Position numbers and translations under genes: made by a program
The notes under the pieces: generated by a model
Told to the model about the DNA's origin: nothing
Databases searched by the model: none
Seen by the model: the letters and a program-made list of their open reading frames with translations, nothing else
From: Octopus vulgaris
Taxonomy: Eukaryota
Direction of reading: 5' to 3'
Length of the DNA: 64,000 nucleotides
NCBI GenBank assembly: GCA_951406725.2
Contig: OX597831.1
Span: forward strand, 61,380,001 to 61,444,000
Shown here: in pieces, positions 25,773-37,879 of the stretch
Layout: each line of letters starts with the position of its first letter
Position numbering within the stretch: position 1 is the stretch's first letter

Positions 25773-25976
25773 TTACTCTTTTACTTGTTTCAGTCATTTG
25801 ACTGTGACCATGCTGGAGCACTACCTTTAGTCGAGCAAATCGACACCCGAACTTATTCTTTGTAAGCCTAGTACTTATTCTATCGGTCTCTTTGGCTGAA
25901 CTGCTAAGTTACGGGGACTTAAACACAGCAGCATCGGTTGTCAAGCGATGTTGGAGGGACAAACACAGACACACAA

Positions 25977-26012
<36 letters not shown>

Positions 26013-26190
26013 GCATATACATATATATGACGGGCTTTTTTCAGTTTCCGTCTGCCAAATCCACTCACAAGGCTTTGGTCGGCCCCAAGCTATAGTAGGA
26101 GACACTTGCCCAAGGTGCCACGCGGTGGGACTGAACCCGGAACCATGTGATTGGTAAGCAAGCTACTTACCACACAGCCACTCCTGCACC
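25773..26190 (-). mobile_element. SINE family A copy
   Basis: Full family A modules, inverted relative to 24930. Confidence 0.9.
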
Positions 26191-26194
26191 TTTA

Positions 26195-26620
26195 TGCAAG
26201 GAGCTGCAGTATTTCCACAAAGTTGTCAATATCTGTCCATCTATCTTCTCTGCTCACAGTTCCTGGGAGGGTCGTGGGGTTAATGCTCTCAGGCACCTCT
26301 TCTGTAGGGTCCTATCAGAGGCAACCATCATTACACTTTCCAGCTGGATTCACAAGCATAATCAGCTGAAACTATGGATATTATCCAACCATCTAATTCT
26401 TGGTCTACCCCTTGGTCTACTCCTTGGTCTACCCCTTGGTCTCCTCCTTGGTCAACCCCTAGATCTGGTCTCCTGCTGTTTGGCTCAGCCTGAAGAATTC
26501 ATCTTCTGGTTCTCTCCTGTGACATTCTAATCCCATATTTGATATTGCAAAGATGTAACATCTTACGGAGAAGATGTTGCTTGATCCAGAGAGATGTCAT
26601 GATCTCGGAGCTTCACACCC
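26195..26620 (-). mobile_element. RTE LINE 3' fragment
   Basis: Minus strand encodes RGRPRIRWLDNI, the RGRP..W.D motif of RTE ORF2 C-termini. Confidence 0.6.
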
Positions 26621-27804
26621 AGAAACCTTCCACAGCAAATGGAAAAGTTTCTTTACCTAAAATCCAAATAAATGAAAAAATTTTGAGTATTCATTATGCT
26701 TAACCACTACGCCATATACTCACGGGCAAATGGCATAGTAGTTAGGATGGAGAAAGCCCCTCTCCTTCGATTGATTGAAGAGGATAGGTTGCCAAAAAAG
26801 TCAAACTCACTATCTTCAATTTGGTTTGTATGCCTACCCCTACCTATGTTATAGTAAATATCAATGTTATAAAATTCAATCTAGAAGCTATAGTTACATA
26901 TTACACAATTATATCTTTGTATATGGTTTCAAATACATTGTATAAGATTCATTAATCTCGTTTTAAATTGAATTATAAAAATAATTTTAATCTGTACTGG
27001 CAATCACTTCTATAAAGTCTATACCAGCAAAAATATCCAAGCATTACCTGGAAAATATTCTAGATTATAGAATATATAACACAAACTCATTATGTCTGCA
27101 GTTTATTATTTTCTTTATATTATTTATTTGCTTGTTTTGTATTCTTTATATATATATTTATTTATCTGTTTTTTTGTTTTTTTTTCCGAAGAAAGTTTTC
27201 ATGGTTTTACCTTATATACAGCTAGATTTATTGAAGCTTAACTTTGATATGAGTCCACAAATTTTGAAGAAGTGAGAAGGTCCCTTATCTGACTGCCATT
27301 TGTTGACAGGTAATTATTTTCTTGACACCGGATGGATGAAAGGCAAATCTTGGCTGAATTTGAACTCTGAAACAAAGAAACAAATTTATAAAAAACTAAA
27401 ATACTGGAAATAAAACAGATTATATATTTTCAGACATTTCGTTCATCTTCTCTGTATAATTTCTTCCTATTTCTTCCTCAACAAAATAAATAAATGAATT
27501 AATAAATAAAAGATTTTTGTTGGCATGAATTTCAATACCTGTAAATCAATTGAATAAGTTGTCAGAGAAATGACAATGTCAATAAAACGTCAATAATTAT
27601 TTCAAAAAATATAAAACATTTAAATATACATATGAAGAAAAAATATCGAGAGCTGGATTCAGGTGAGTAGCAATGCATGGAAGGTTGAAAGCTGTGCAAA
27701 CTGCACAAAAGTGGGCAGAGTGTAAGAACAGGTCAGTTTGACTACCAAAGAGGGCAGCCAAAAACCCATGCTATGTTATTAATTCAGCACCTTAATAATT
27801 TTAA

Positions 27805-28422
27805 AATCTCTCTCTCCTCCTACCTCTCTTTTTATCTCCTGTGCCTCTCTCTTTTTCTTTCCCTTCCCTCTCTTTCTCTCTCTCTTTCTGTTACCCTCCT
27901 TCCCCCTCTCTTTTCTTCTCCTCTTTTTCTCTTTCCCTCTTGCCTTCTTATCCTTCCCTCTTTCTCTCTCCTCCCTCTCTTTCTCTTCCTCCTTCTCTTC
28001 CCCTCTCCTTCCTCCTACCCCTTTTTTCTCTCCCCTCCCTCTCTTTTCATCTGTCTCACTCCTTCTCCTCTCTTTCTCTCTCACCTTCCTATCCTTCCCT
28101 TCTCACTTCTCCTCCCTCTCTCTCCTCTCTCTTCCTAACTCTACCTCTCTTTCTCTCCTTCCTCTCTCACACCTCTCTTTCTCTCTCGTCTTCCTATCCT
28201 TCCCTCCTTCTCTCTCCTCCTCCCTCTCACTCCTTCTCTCTCTCCTCTTCTCTCGCCTTCCTATCCTTCCCTCCTTCTCTCTCCTCCTCCCTCTCACTCC
28301 TTCTTTCTCTCTTCCTACCTCTATCTCGCTCTTTGTTTCTCTTCTTCCCCTCCCTCTCTCCTCTCTTTCCTTCTTGCCTTTTCTATTCTTCACCTTCTTC
28401 TCTCTCTTCCTTTCTCTCTCCT
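27805..28422. repeat. About 620-bp polypyrimidine low-complexity tract
   Basis: Almost only C/T on the + strand. Confidence 0.9.
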
Positions 28423-28859
28423 CTAATAAACTGTATGATCGTTAAGGTGTTGTTAAGGTGTTACTTAAATATTATTTGTCTGCCTCATAGAAAACATTTA
28501 CAGAAAAAAAGCAACACTGTCTCTACCAATATATATGCTGACTGATTTCGAATTTTAGCTCGACACAAGGACAGCAACTTCGGGAAAGGCAATAAGTCAA
28601 TTGCATTGACTCCCAGTTCTCAAATGGTACTTATCTTATCAACTCCAAAACGATGAAAGATAAAGTCAACCACGGTGGAATTTGAACTCAGAATATAAGG
28701 ATGGACGAAATGCTGCTAAGCATTTTGCCCAGCATGTTTATGATCCAGCCCACTCACTACCTTTCTGCAAATAAATAGATATTAGCTTACAAAAATATCA
28801 AGAATATTGTAGAGGTGCACTGATTTATAGGCATCTCTCAAATTTAGTTTATGTACAGC

Positions 28860-29262
28860 GGAAGGTGCATGGCTCAGTGGTTAAAGCATTAGACTCACAA
28901 ACATGATGTAGTGAATTATATTCCCAGACTGGGCTGTGTTGTGTTCTTGAGCAAGACACTTTATTTCACATTACTTCAATTCCCAGACGGGGCTGTGTAT
29001 TGTTCTTGAGCAAGACACTTTATTTCACATTGCTCCAATTCACTCAGTTGTAGAAATGAGTTGCAATGTCACTGGTGCCAAGCTGTATCGGTCTTTGCCT
29101 TTCTCTTGGAGAACATCGGTAGTGTGGAGAGGGGAAACAGGTATGCATGGGCGACTGCTGGCCTTCCATAAACAACCTTGCCCAGACTTGTGCCTCAGAG
29201 GCGAACTTTCTCGGTACAATCCCATGGTCATTCATGTCCGAAGGGGGTCTTTACCCTTTACC
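28860..29262 (+). mobile_element. SINE family C copy with internal ~59-bp tandem duplication
   Basis: Head GCATGGCTCAGTGGTTAA; segment TTCCCAGAC..ATTTCACATT duplicated at 28921-29040. Confidence 0.85.
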
Positions 29263-29450
29263 ATTATTGACAGACAAAAGAAGCAGCCACTATGCTCTAT
29301 GGTCCTTTGTATTCTTTTTATTCTTTAATGGTTTTAATCAATCAGACTGTGGCCATGCTGCAGCATCCTCTTCAACTGTATACATGATTGCTTCGAATCT
29401 AATCAGTGGATAATAGTGGTAATATTTTACTTACATTTTTTTTTTCCAGG

Positions 29451-29523
29451 GGTCTCTTAGTTTAATGGTACAGAGCGCTCAGCTGGAATTTGAGAGGAAC
29501 AGGGTTTGAGACTCTGTAAAGAA
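29451..29523 (+). pseudogene. tRNA-like relic (GGA in anticodon position)
   Basis: D arm GTTT/GAGC, anticodon arm CTCAG-CTGGAAT-TTGAG, T arm CAGGG-TTTGAGA-CTCTG; acceptor stem does not pair. Confidence 0.4.
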
Positions 29524-30067
29524 TTGCTGGCTACTTTTTATGACAGTGAGCTAGCAGAATCTTTACCAAACCAGTCTAAATTGATAGCAGCAATTCTTCC
29601 ATCTTTACATTCTAAATTTGAATTTCACTACGGTCAACTTTACCTTTCATCCTTTTAGTATTTATGTAAGTACCAGTTGAGAAATGAGGTCAATGTAATC
29701 AACTTGCCCCTGGCTCCTGAAATTTCTGGCCTTGTGCCAAACACTGAAATCAATATTTTCTTTCATTTTTTAAAATTAATCCATAGGGCAAATTTCTTTA
29801 GATAGTAAGCAAAAAACTGCAGTTTAAAGGATTAGAAAGGTTGTGTTGTGATGCTGATGCATTTCCATACAACACTACATGAATAAGTTTATGTTCTCAT
29901 ATGCTGAAATCGTATGCCAGGTTAAGCTTTCTTCTCACTAGTGAAAAAGTTTCTTAATTTTGATTCTAAAAGACAGGTACAGGCCACAGAATTTGTGATA
30001 TGGTGTAATTGTCTATGTCAACCTCAGTCATTACTTAAGAGGTCCTTATTTTTATCAACCCAGGAAG

Positions 30068-30374
30068 TATGCCCAGGGTTAAGGTGGTGATGGTGGGAGA
30101 GCACTCTCCCCTCAATATTCAATGGTGTACCCTCAGATTTAGAAAATACTGTTTACAAAATCTTCCTGTAATACATTTCTTGAAGTCTGACTAACATGCT
30201 CATTGCTAAGGGGTTGCACTTAACAGCACTGCCCCTCACTATCCAATGGTGTGTCCTCAGGTTTACAGTGAAGTACTTATTTCAAAACCACACTTCAGCA
30301 TTATTATGAATTAGTACCCACCCAGAATATTCTGAAGCACCCCTTGCTGATACCAACGTCTGGTGATGGGCCTG
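30068..30374. mobile_element. hAT-like MITE
   Basis: 8-bp TSD CCAGGAAG (30060, 30375); short TIR TATGCCCA / TGGGCCTG; internal duplicated block. Confidence 0.6.
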
Positions 30375-30455
30375 CCAGGAAGGGTAGAATTTAAAGTTGG
30401 TCTGAACATGATTGGAATGGAGAAAGGCCTGTTAAAATACTGTATGAAATTTTAT

Positions 30456-30750
30456 ACCAATTAGTGTATTGCCTTGTAGCTAATTAATCTGCTGGAAATA
30501 GGAGTTACATCTACCTCAGATCAAATGCTAAGATTTGAAGAAAGGGCAAATAAATTAGATAATAGGGGCCTTGGATGTAATTTGGCTACAGATAAAGATA
30601 GTACCAATAAGTGTATTGCCTTGTAGCTAATTAATCTGCTGGAAATAGGAGTTACATCTACCTCAGTTCAAATGCTAAGATTTGAAGAATGGGCAAATAA
30701 ATTAGATAATAGGGTCTTGGATGTAATTTCGCTAAAACTAAAGATAGTAC
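30456..30750. repeat. 147-bp tandem duplication
   Basis: GTGTATTGCCTTGTAGCTAATTAATC starts at 30464 and 30611; units nearly identical. Confidence 0.95.
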
Positions 30751-31443
30751 AACCATAGTTTGGGGCCATTTGATGTTCTAATCTGCTCATGGATGATTTA
30801 ACAATAACAAAAACAACAACCACAAAGTATTTTGTTAACTATTTTACTTATACAATCCAATCCACCATTCTGGAGTTTTCTGATATACACCAAAATGTTG
30901 AATTGGCAGGAATGGTTGAGCATCAAACAAAATACCTTGTGTTATTGAGTTGCAACTCTTTACATTCTGATTTAGAATCCTGCTGAGGTCAACTTCGCCT
31001 TTCATCCCTCTGAGATGAATAAAATAAAGTGCTAGTCAAGTACCGTGCTTGATATAATCGACAGTAGCCGTACATACATTAGAGGCTTTTTGCTTACGTA
31101 AGAAATCGATACTGGCTAAGTTTTATCTCTTGAACAATATTTCTGAATACACTGAAGGAAATATAACTATAAATCAGAAAGAGAAATAATATCTGCTAGT
31201 GTTTAGAACATATTGGTAGGTAGAGGTACACATTGATCTTCACACCAATTCCTGTAAATCTCTGTGATAGAGACATGTTATTAGAATACAGTGAATTCTG
31301 TTATGCTAGTGTATGTACAGGGCTGTATATATATGTCTCCACCAATAAACCAGATTCTTATGTAAGATATTAATACAGAGCCCAATAGAAATATATCATA
31401 GTTTTGGAAACAATATATGTGTGTGTATGTGAGAGATTATATG

Positions 31444-31486
<43 letters not shown>

Positions 31487-32147
31487 GTGTGTGTGCATAT
31501 GCATGTGTGTGTCTGTGTCTGTTTATCTGTGTTGACGCACAAACACACAAACTTATGCACTTACACATGTACACACTCATATGCTCGCATGCAGACATAT
31601 GTATTTTAAAGTTTGGGATAGATTACGAAACAGCATAGATGGATGAGTATATATTTATTTGCTCAGGATGTGTGTACATGTGTGTATATGTCTATGTGTG
31701 CCTGTGGTTTTGCTCATATCTATATTCACATTTCTTTCTCTACCAAATGAGTTCTCAGTCAATCACTAATGTATGTATGTATGTATGTATGTATGTATGC
31801 ATGCATGTATGTGTGTGTATGTATGTATATATGTATGTATGTTTGTATGTATTCAGTTTATTTCAAGATTTCCTGTCAATAGCGAAAGAACCGGTTTCTA
31901 ACCTAGATCCAAGGCTCCTTCAATGGAATTTCAACATCAACAAAAGGGTATTTTTGTATGTGTGTATGTATGTATGTATGAATTTATGAATGCATGTATA
32001 TGTATATAAGTGCCAATGCACAAAACTCTCAGCCCTTGTGTCACTCTGTTGCTTCAGCCAAATACTGATAAAAATATACATATACTCATATTTTGAATTC
32101 TATCTACATCACCATACCTGTCTGCATCATCATACATGTGTGTGTGT

Positions 32148-32199
<52 letters not shown>

Positions 32200-32738
32200 A
32201 TAAATGCCAAATGACAAGAATGAGTGCTCAACATTGCAATGATGAATAATTTTTTTTTATTTGTGTACTAAGGCTATCATTGGTTTCAAGTTAAGAAAAA
32301 CATCATAATATCTTAATTTTTTAAGCTGACCACATGGGGGAATGGTGTTCATCTCCATTTTGGATGAAATATATGTATATATATATATTTATATATATAA
32401 TAAAGATAATATGAGGGAATATTATTCCAAATTTACAGGGAAAATTTCAATTTAGAAATACTAAATCAAATTTCAAAAATATAATATATATAAATTAGAA
32501 AAAAACTACTACTACTACTATTATTACTATTATTATTTCTTAAATATAGCTACAAAACACATGTCATTATTCTACTATATATATACGTTTTATTTATTAT
32601 TTTGTACATTACTTAATCATTGTTATATGTTTTATTGTATAGTTAATCTTTCTATAATATGTAATTTTTCTAAATAGTATAATTTGATTTCTCATTATTG
32701 AATTGATAAAAGGTGTTTTTTTTCTAATTTATATATAT

Positions 32739-32769
<31 letters not shown>

Positions 32770-32999
32770 GAGACATATTTTTGTATAAAAAGGAAATAGT
32801 AGTTGTTTAGCTGCTATTTCTAAAATTTTCAGTATGTGGTCAAGCAACTTGTTGCAAAACTCTTATTGTTATAATTATATATAAAAAAACATTTTGTATA
32901 AGTTTTTATGGAATATGGTCCTTTTCCATACCGAAATACTACTAGGTGAAATTTGTTGATTTTATTAAATTAATTATATTTCACCCTATATCTGTAATG

Positions 33000-33033
<34 letters not shown>

Positions 33034-33035
<2 letters not shown>

Positions 33036-33536
33036 AGTAGTATCAAAATTTTTTGTCGAACACTTTACATCATATGTACCAGGAATATGCATCTCCAAGA
33101 TACTTGGCCAAGGTATTTTACAGAAGATTAGCACCTGCCCATGTGTGTGAGACTCGCATTTAATTGCCTCTGACATTGTCCAAGAGAAAAGTAAATGTGC
33201 TCTGCTTGACTCCCCTGTTGAGATAGGAAATACCTTAGAATGCAAAGTGCTGGAACAGTTACAACATGGCATCCTACCACATACACTAACATTGCAACTA
33301 TTCCACCTTCCCAAGCTGTTTGTTACTTAATTTTCCGTACGTGGAAATATGAAAGGAAAAATTGCTAGTTTTGAACTCAGAGCACAAGACGTAGAACAAA
33401 CACCTCCAAGTATTTTATCCATTTCTCTGATGCCTTTGCCAATTCACCATATTGCTTGGGGATACACAGTGTACTTTATAGATATGCCTAGTCAAAGTAT
33501 CATAAAAGCATGATGATAATGATATACACACATACG

Positions 33537-33590
<54 letters not shown>

Positions 33591-33727
33591 CACACACACA
33601 CATACATGAGTCTTTCACACATGGGCAGCTGCTAGTCTTCTGTAAAATACCTTGGCCAAGTATCTTGGAGATGCATATTCCTGATACATATGACGTATAG
33701 TGTTTGACAAAAAATTTCGATACTACT

Positions 33728-33729
<2 letters not shown>
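33034..33729. repeat. Long inverted repeat, 122-bp arms flanked by (TA)n
   Basis: 33034-33155 versus reverse complement of 33608-33729: 9 mismatches by eye, no gaps. Confidence 0.9.
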
Positions 33730-33768
<39 letters not shown>

Positions 33769-34243
33769 TGCATAATGCACTCATACACAAACACAAACAC
33801 ACACACACACACATATTTTTGCTCTTTATCCCTTATTTCTTTCATTCATTTGACTGAGGCCATTCTGGGACACCACCTTGAACAAATCCACTCTAGTAAA
33901 GTAACTCTTAAGTCTGGTACTTATTCTATCCACTCCTTCTGCTAAACTGCTAAGTTACAAGGATATAAACTAACCAACACTTGTTGCCAAGAGGGGACGA
34001 GGAAAAAACAAAGATACATACATAAGCATACTCACACATACATGTATACATATATATATAGGGATGAATATGTGTGTGTGTGTACATATATATATATAAA
34101 ATTGTAAATTAGGGTAGCTATGAGATACCACCATGCTGAAAATAGCAGCTATGAACCGACTCTATAACCACTTTAAGTTTTCATATAGCAATATGGAGAA
34201 AAGACAAAGAGACAAGTTGAAACTAGTAAAAAATTACTGGATA

Positions 34244-34302
34244 ATTCTAGATCCCGGATTTCTGGCTTTGCATCTAGAAATGCTTTGCCTCATCAGTAGA
34301 AT
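34244..34302 (-). ncRNA. Type I hammerhead ribozyme candidate
   Basis: ATTCTA-CTGATGA-GGC aaa GCAT ttctag ATGC aaa GCC-a-GAAA-TC cgg GA-TC-TAGAAT: all three stems close, AUC cleavage triplet, one extra A before GAAA. Confidence 0.65.
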
Positions 34303-36447
34303 ATACTTAGAAAGAGACATAAATACATATGTATATATAAATACAACATACGAATACTTACATATACGAGCATATACATACATATATATGCATGTATGCA
34401 TCAAGGCTAGTTCAAAATGCCCGCTAATTCCATCAGCTATATGGTAAAATATCACCGCAGTAAATACAGTGACGAAATTAACGATTTTATCCTTATTTAT
34501 ATATATATATATATATATGAAAAAGTTGAGTTGTGGGGTATCGCACGAGTGGAATTATATACGAAAGAAGGTTTGAAAATGCAATTTAAAAGATGTTTAT
34601 TTACTTAACCGGTTTCACTCTTTGGTAAAAGATTGTCAAAAGTAACATTGAATATTATGGATTCAAAAAAGTTTTTTACATAATTGCCACATTGAATATT
34701 ATGAATTCAAAAAGGTTTTTTTTACATAATTGTCACATTACATGTATAAATATAGTGTTTGGTAACAGAGATATGTTAAGGGCATAAAGAAGTTCAATAG
34801 TGTGATGAGAATATTTGGAAAAATTGGCAGAAAGGAATAAAACAAATATATTATTGGAAATTTGGTTGCGTTAATTATTGGTTGTCGCAAATTGTCACAT
34901 TATATGTATATATATACAGTCTTTGGTAGAAAGGACATGTTAAAGACATAAAGAAGTGCAATGGTATGGTGAGAAAATTTGTAATATTGACAGAAAAAAT
35001 TAAAATGGATATTTTATACATCTCAGAATATTTTGAATTGAAGGCGAGAATTTGTTTTTACTGACCTGTTCGCTTTAGCAGAAATGTTGAATTGAGAGAA
35101 AAAAATGTGTACCCAGTTTTGTTTTATTTATGGTCCCCCTTCAAGCATCAATGATTTTGGGGTTATCGGGAGGTGAGTATGCGAGTGTGAATAGATGTGT
35201 CCGTGTGCCTGCAGTATCTGGTCAGACGGTGTCTGTTTGTCACACATATATACACACACACACAACACACACACACACACACACATAATATACAAACACA
35301 CAACACATACACACAACACACACACACACAGAACACACACATACACAATGCACCCACATATATAATATACACACACAGCACACAAATATAACATGTATTT
35401 ATATATAATACGTGTGTATATATGTGTGTGTATGCACCTACATATATATATATAAACACACACACACACACACAGAAACATACATATATAAACATACAGT
35501 TACCTTTATAAATATTGCATGCAACATAAAACATATTCCAGTAACACCTACACATATTTGCAGGTGAGCTTTTGTAATAAAAGTTGTCAGCTGGTGGTAC
35601 ATCATAGAATTTTTAATGGAGTCGAGAGTGAATGGTAATTCTCTCAAATTACCAAAGTGAACACATCTATCTCTCACAAAATTATGAAAATTGTTCAAAG
35701 CTTCGAATATTTCTATATTTAAAAGTCTTTACTGTCAACCAAACAAAAATGAAAAACGTACTCGAAAATAACTTATATAATTTAAATGATATTGATAGAA
35801 TTGTGATACTGGCCAAAAGATTGGGTTGAAAGAAAACAAGAGGTAGTGGGGTGGGAAGCAAGTGAGCAATTACAATAGATATTTAAAGAAGCAGTAGATC
35901 AATAAAATTATCTTCATCAATTTTCAGTCTAAGTTTAGTTTGACAAAAGGGTTGTATGTGTGTGTGTATATAAAGTCATATATAATGTGCACTGTACACT
36001 TCAACAAAGGAACACCTTCCACTAAGGAAATATCCTAGGAGAACATTCTCCTCCTGGACAACACTTGTGAAAACACATTGGGCTATGAATTAGTCATTGG
36101 ATCAGAGGATGCATGCATTACTACATTCTTTTTCATCATCAGCTGCAAGCATTTAATCTGTAATTCACACCTGTCAATCTAGTGAGCACACTAGCCAAAG
36201 TGTTTACATTCTCACCAGAAAATAGGATAGACAGATGCTCATAAAGGCAAAGTGTTTACCTGGCTAAGAATGTACAACCCAGCGAAGGCTAGTGGTAATG
36301 GCTTCAAAATTATTGTTAGAAAGATTCAAAGAAACAAATGAGTCTAGAAAAGGAATATATAAAAGCTTATAGACTCAGCAAACAGTCAGAAATTTTGAGA
36401 AATTCTTGTTGAAGCATTTGAGAAAAAGGGGTATATAGAGGTATATA

Positions 36448-36673
36448 GCTATTTCTTTATTACCCACAAGGGGCTAAACATAGAGGGGACAAACAAGGAC
36501 AGACAAATGGATTAAGTCAATTACATCAACCCTGTGTGTAACTGGTACTTAATTTATCGACCCCAAAAGGATGAAAGGCAAAGTCGACCTCAGCGGAATT
36601 TGAACTCAGAACGTAACAGCAGACGAAATACGGCTAGGCATTTCGCCCAGTGTGCTAACGGTTCTGCCAGCTC
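36448..36673 (-). mobile_element. SINE family B monomer
   Basis: Collinear with 56937 in reverse. Confidence 0.85.
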
Positions 36674-36689
36674 ACTTCTGTATGTATAG

Positions 36690-37790
36690 CAGTATATAGC
36701 ATAGAAGACAATTGGCGGTTCCTACAGAACAACCTACTGAGAGCTACAGAGCATATCTGCGGCTGGTGCAAAATTGCAGCCAGATTGATGGTGATGTGGG
36801 GATAAGACAATATGTGGACTGAACCATCTAAAGAAATAGACAAGACGACAAAGAATGGAAAAATGGAAGCGGAAGAGAATTATATCAGATGACCAAAAAA
36901 GTTGTGAGGGGGACAGTTTTACATAGTAATGGGAGAAGCAGAAAATAGCGTGAGGTTCAGAAGGTTGAGGATTGCATGAGAGTGTATCAGAGAGATTTGA
37001 GATGTTATGGGTAAGAGGTGAGCACAAATGAATAATGTTACACTTTCATTTAGTGATTCTGAAAAGAAAGGGGTGCAGGAGTGCTATTCTGAAAGATTAT
37101 TAAACATGGAGAATGCTTGAAAGAAAGAGGCTCTCCCCAACCTGGACCCAACACAGTGACTAACTATCTTAGTTGACAGCAGTATGATAGCTAAGGCAAT
37201 TAAGGATATGAAAGCAGGGTAAGTCTCTAGCCAATCAAGAATCACTTCTGAGATTTTAAAAATATCTAGCAGAGTAGTAAACAGCCTAGATAACTGTATA
37301 GTGATTCAGATTATGCCCAGTGGTTGGTGTAGCAGTATTATAGTCAACAGCTACAAGGTTAATGGAGATGCTTTGGATAGAAGTGATTACAAAGCTATAA
37401 AACTGATGGATCAGTTCATGAAATTTATGAGTTGTTGGCAACAAAAGCTCTCTCTTGCTCTCTCTCAGAGTGGAAATAGATTGTACAAAATTGTAATGCT
37501 ACATGTTTGCAAGATATAAGCCCTACATGCTGAAGTCCAGCAAATATTAGAAAAGAATGAAGTTAGTATGCTTCATTCGATGAGCAACGTCAGTATGCAT
37601 GTACAACAAAAATCAAATGTTCTGAAAGAAAAATTAGGGATAAACGGAATCAGATGTAGTATCCCAGACAGAAGACTGTGATTGTTTGGTCATGTGATGT
37701 ATTTGCATGAGAACCGCTGTACAAAACATACCAGTTGCTTAAAGTGGATGGAACTTGTCAAATAGGAAGGGCCTAAGAAGTCATGGAACA
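36690..37790 (+). mobile_element. Decayed RTE LINE fragments
   Basis: MPSGWCSSIIVNSYKVNGDALDRSDYKAIKLMDQFMK (RT N-terminal region); similar to 5668-6039 and 19160-22150. Confidence 0.7.
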
Positions 37791-37879
37791 TAGTGCACTC
37801 ACAATGTTTACCCTCACATCTTTAACATCTCTTACATCTGCAATCATTCTCAATGCCCTTCATATTCATCATTGATGCT

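Noticed and set aside
27773-28545. 234-aa L/S/P/F-rich ORF and R/E-rich antisense ORFs
   Set aside because: Artefacts of the polypyrimidine tract
32400-32735. AT-rich inverted segments, also at 49390-49630
   Set aside because: Fragments of a dispersed low-complexity repeat; boundaries could not be defined
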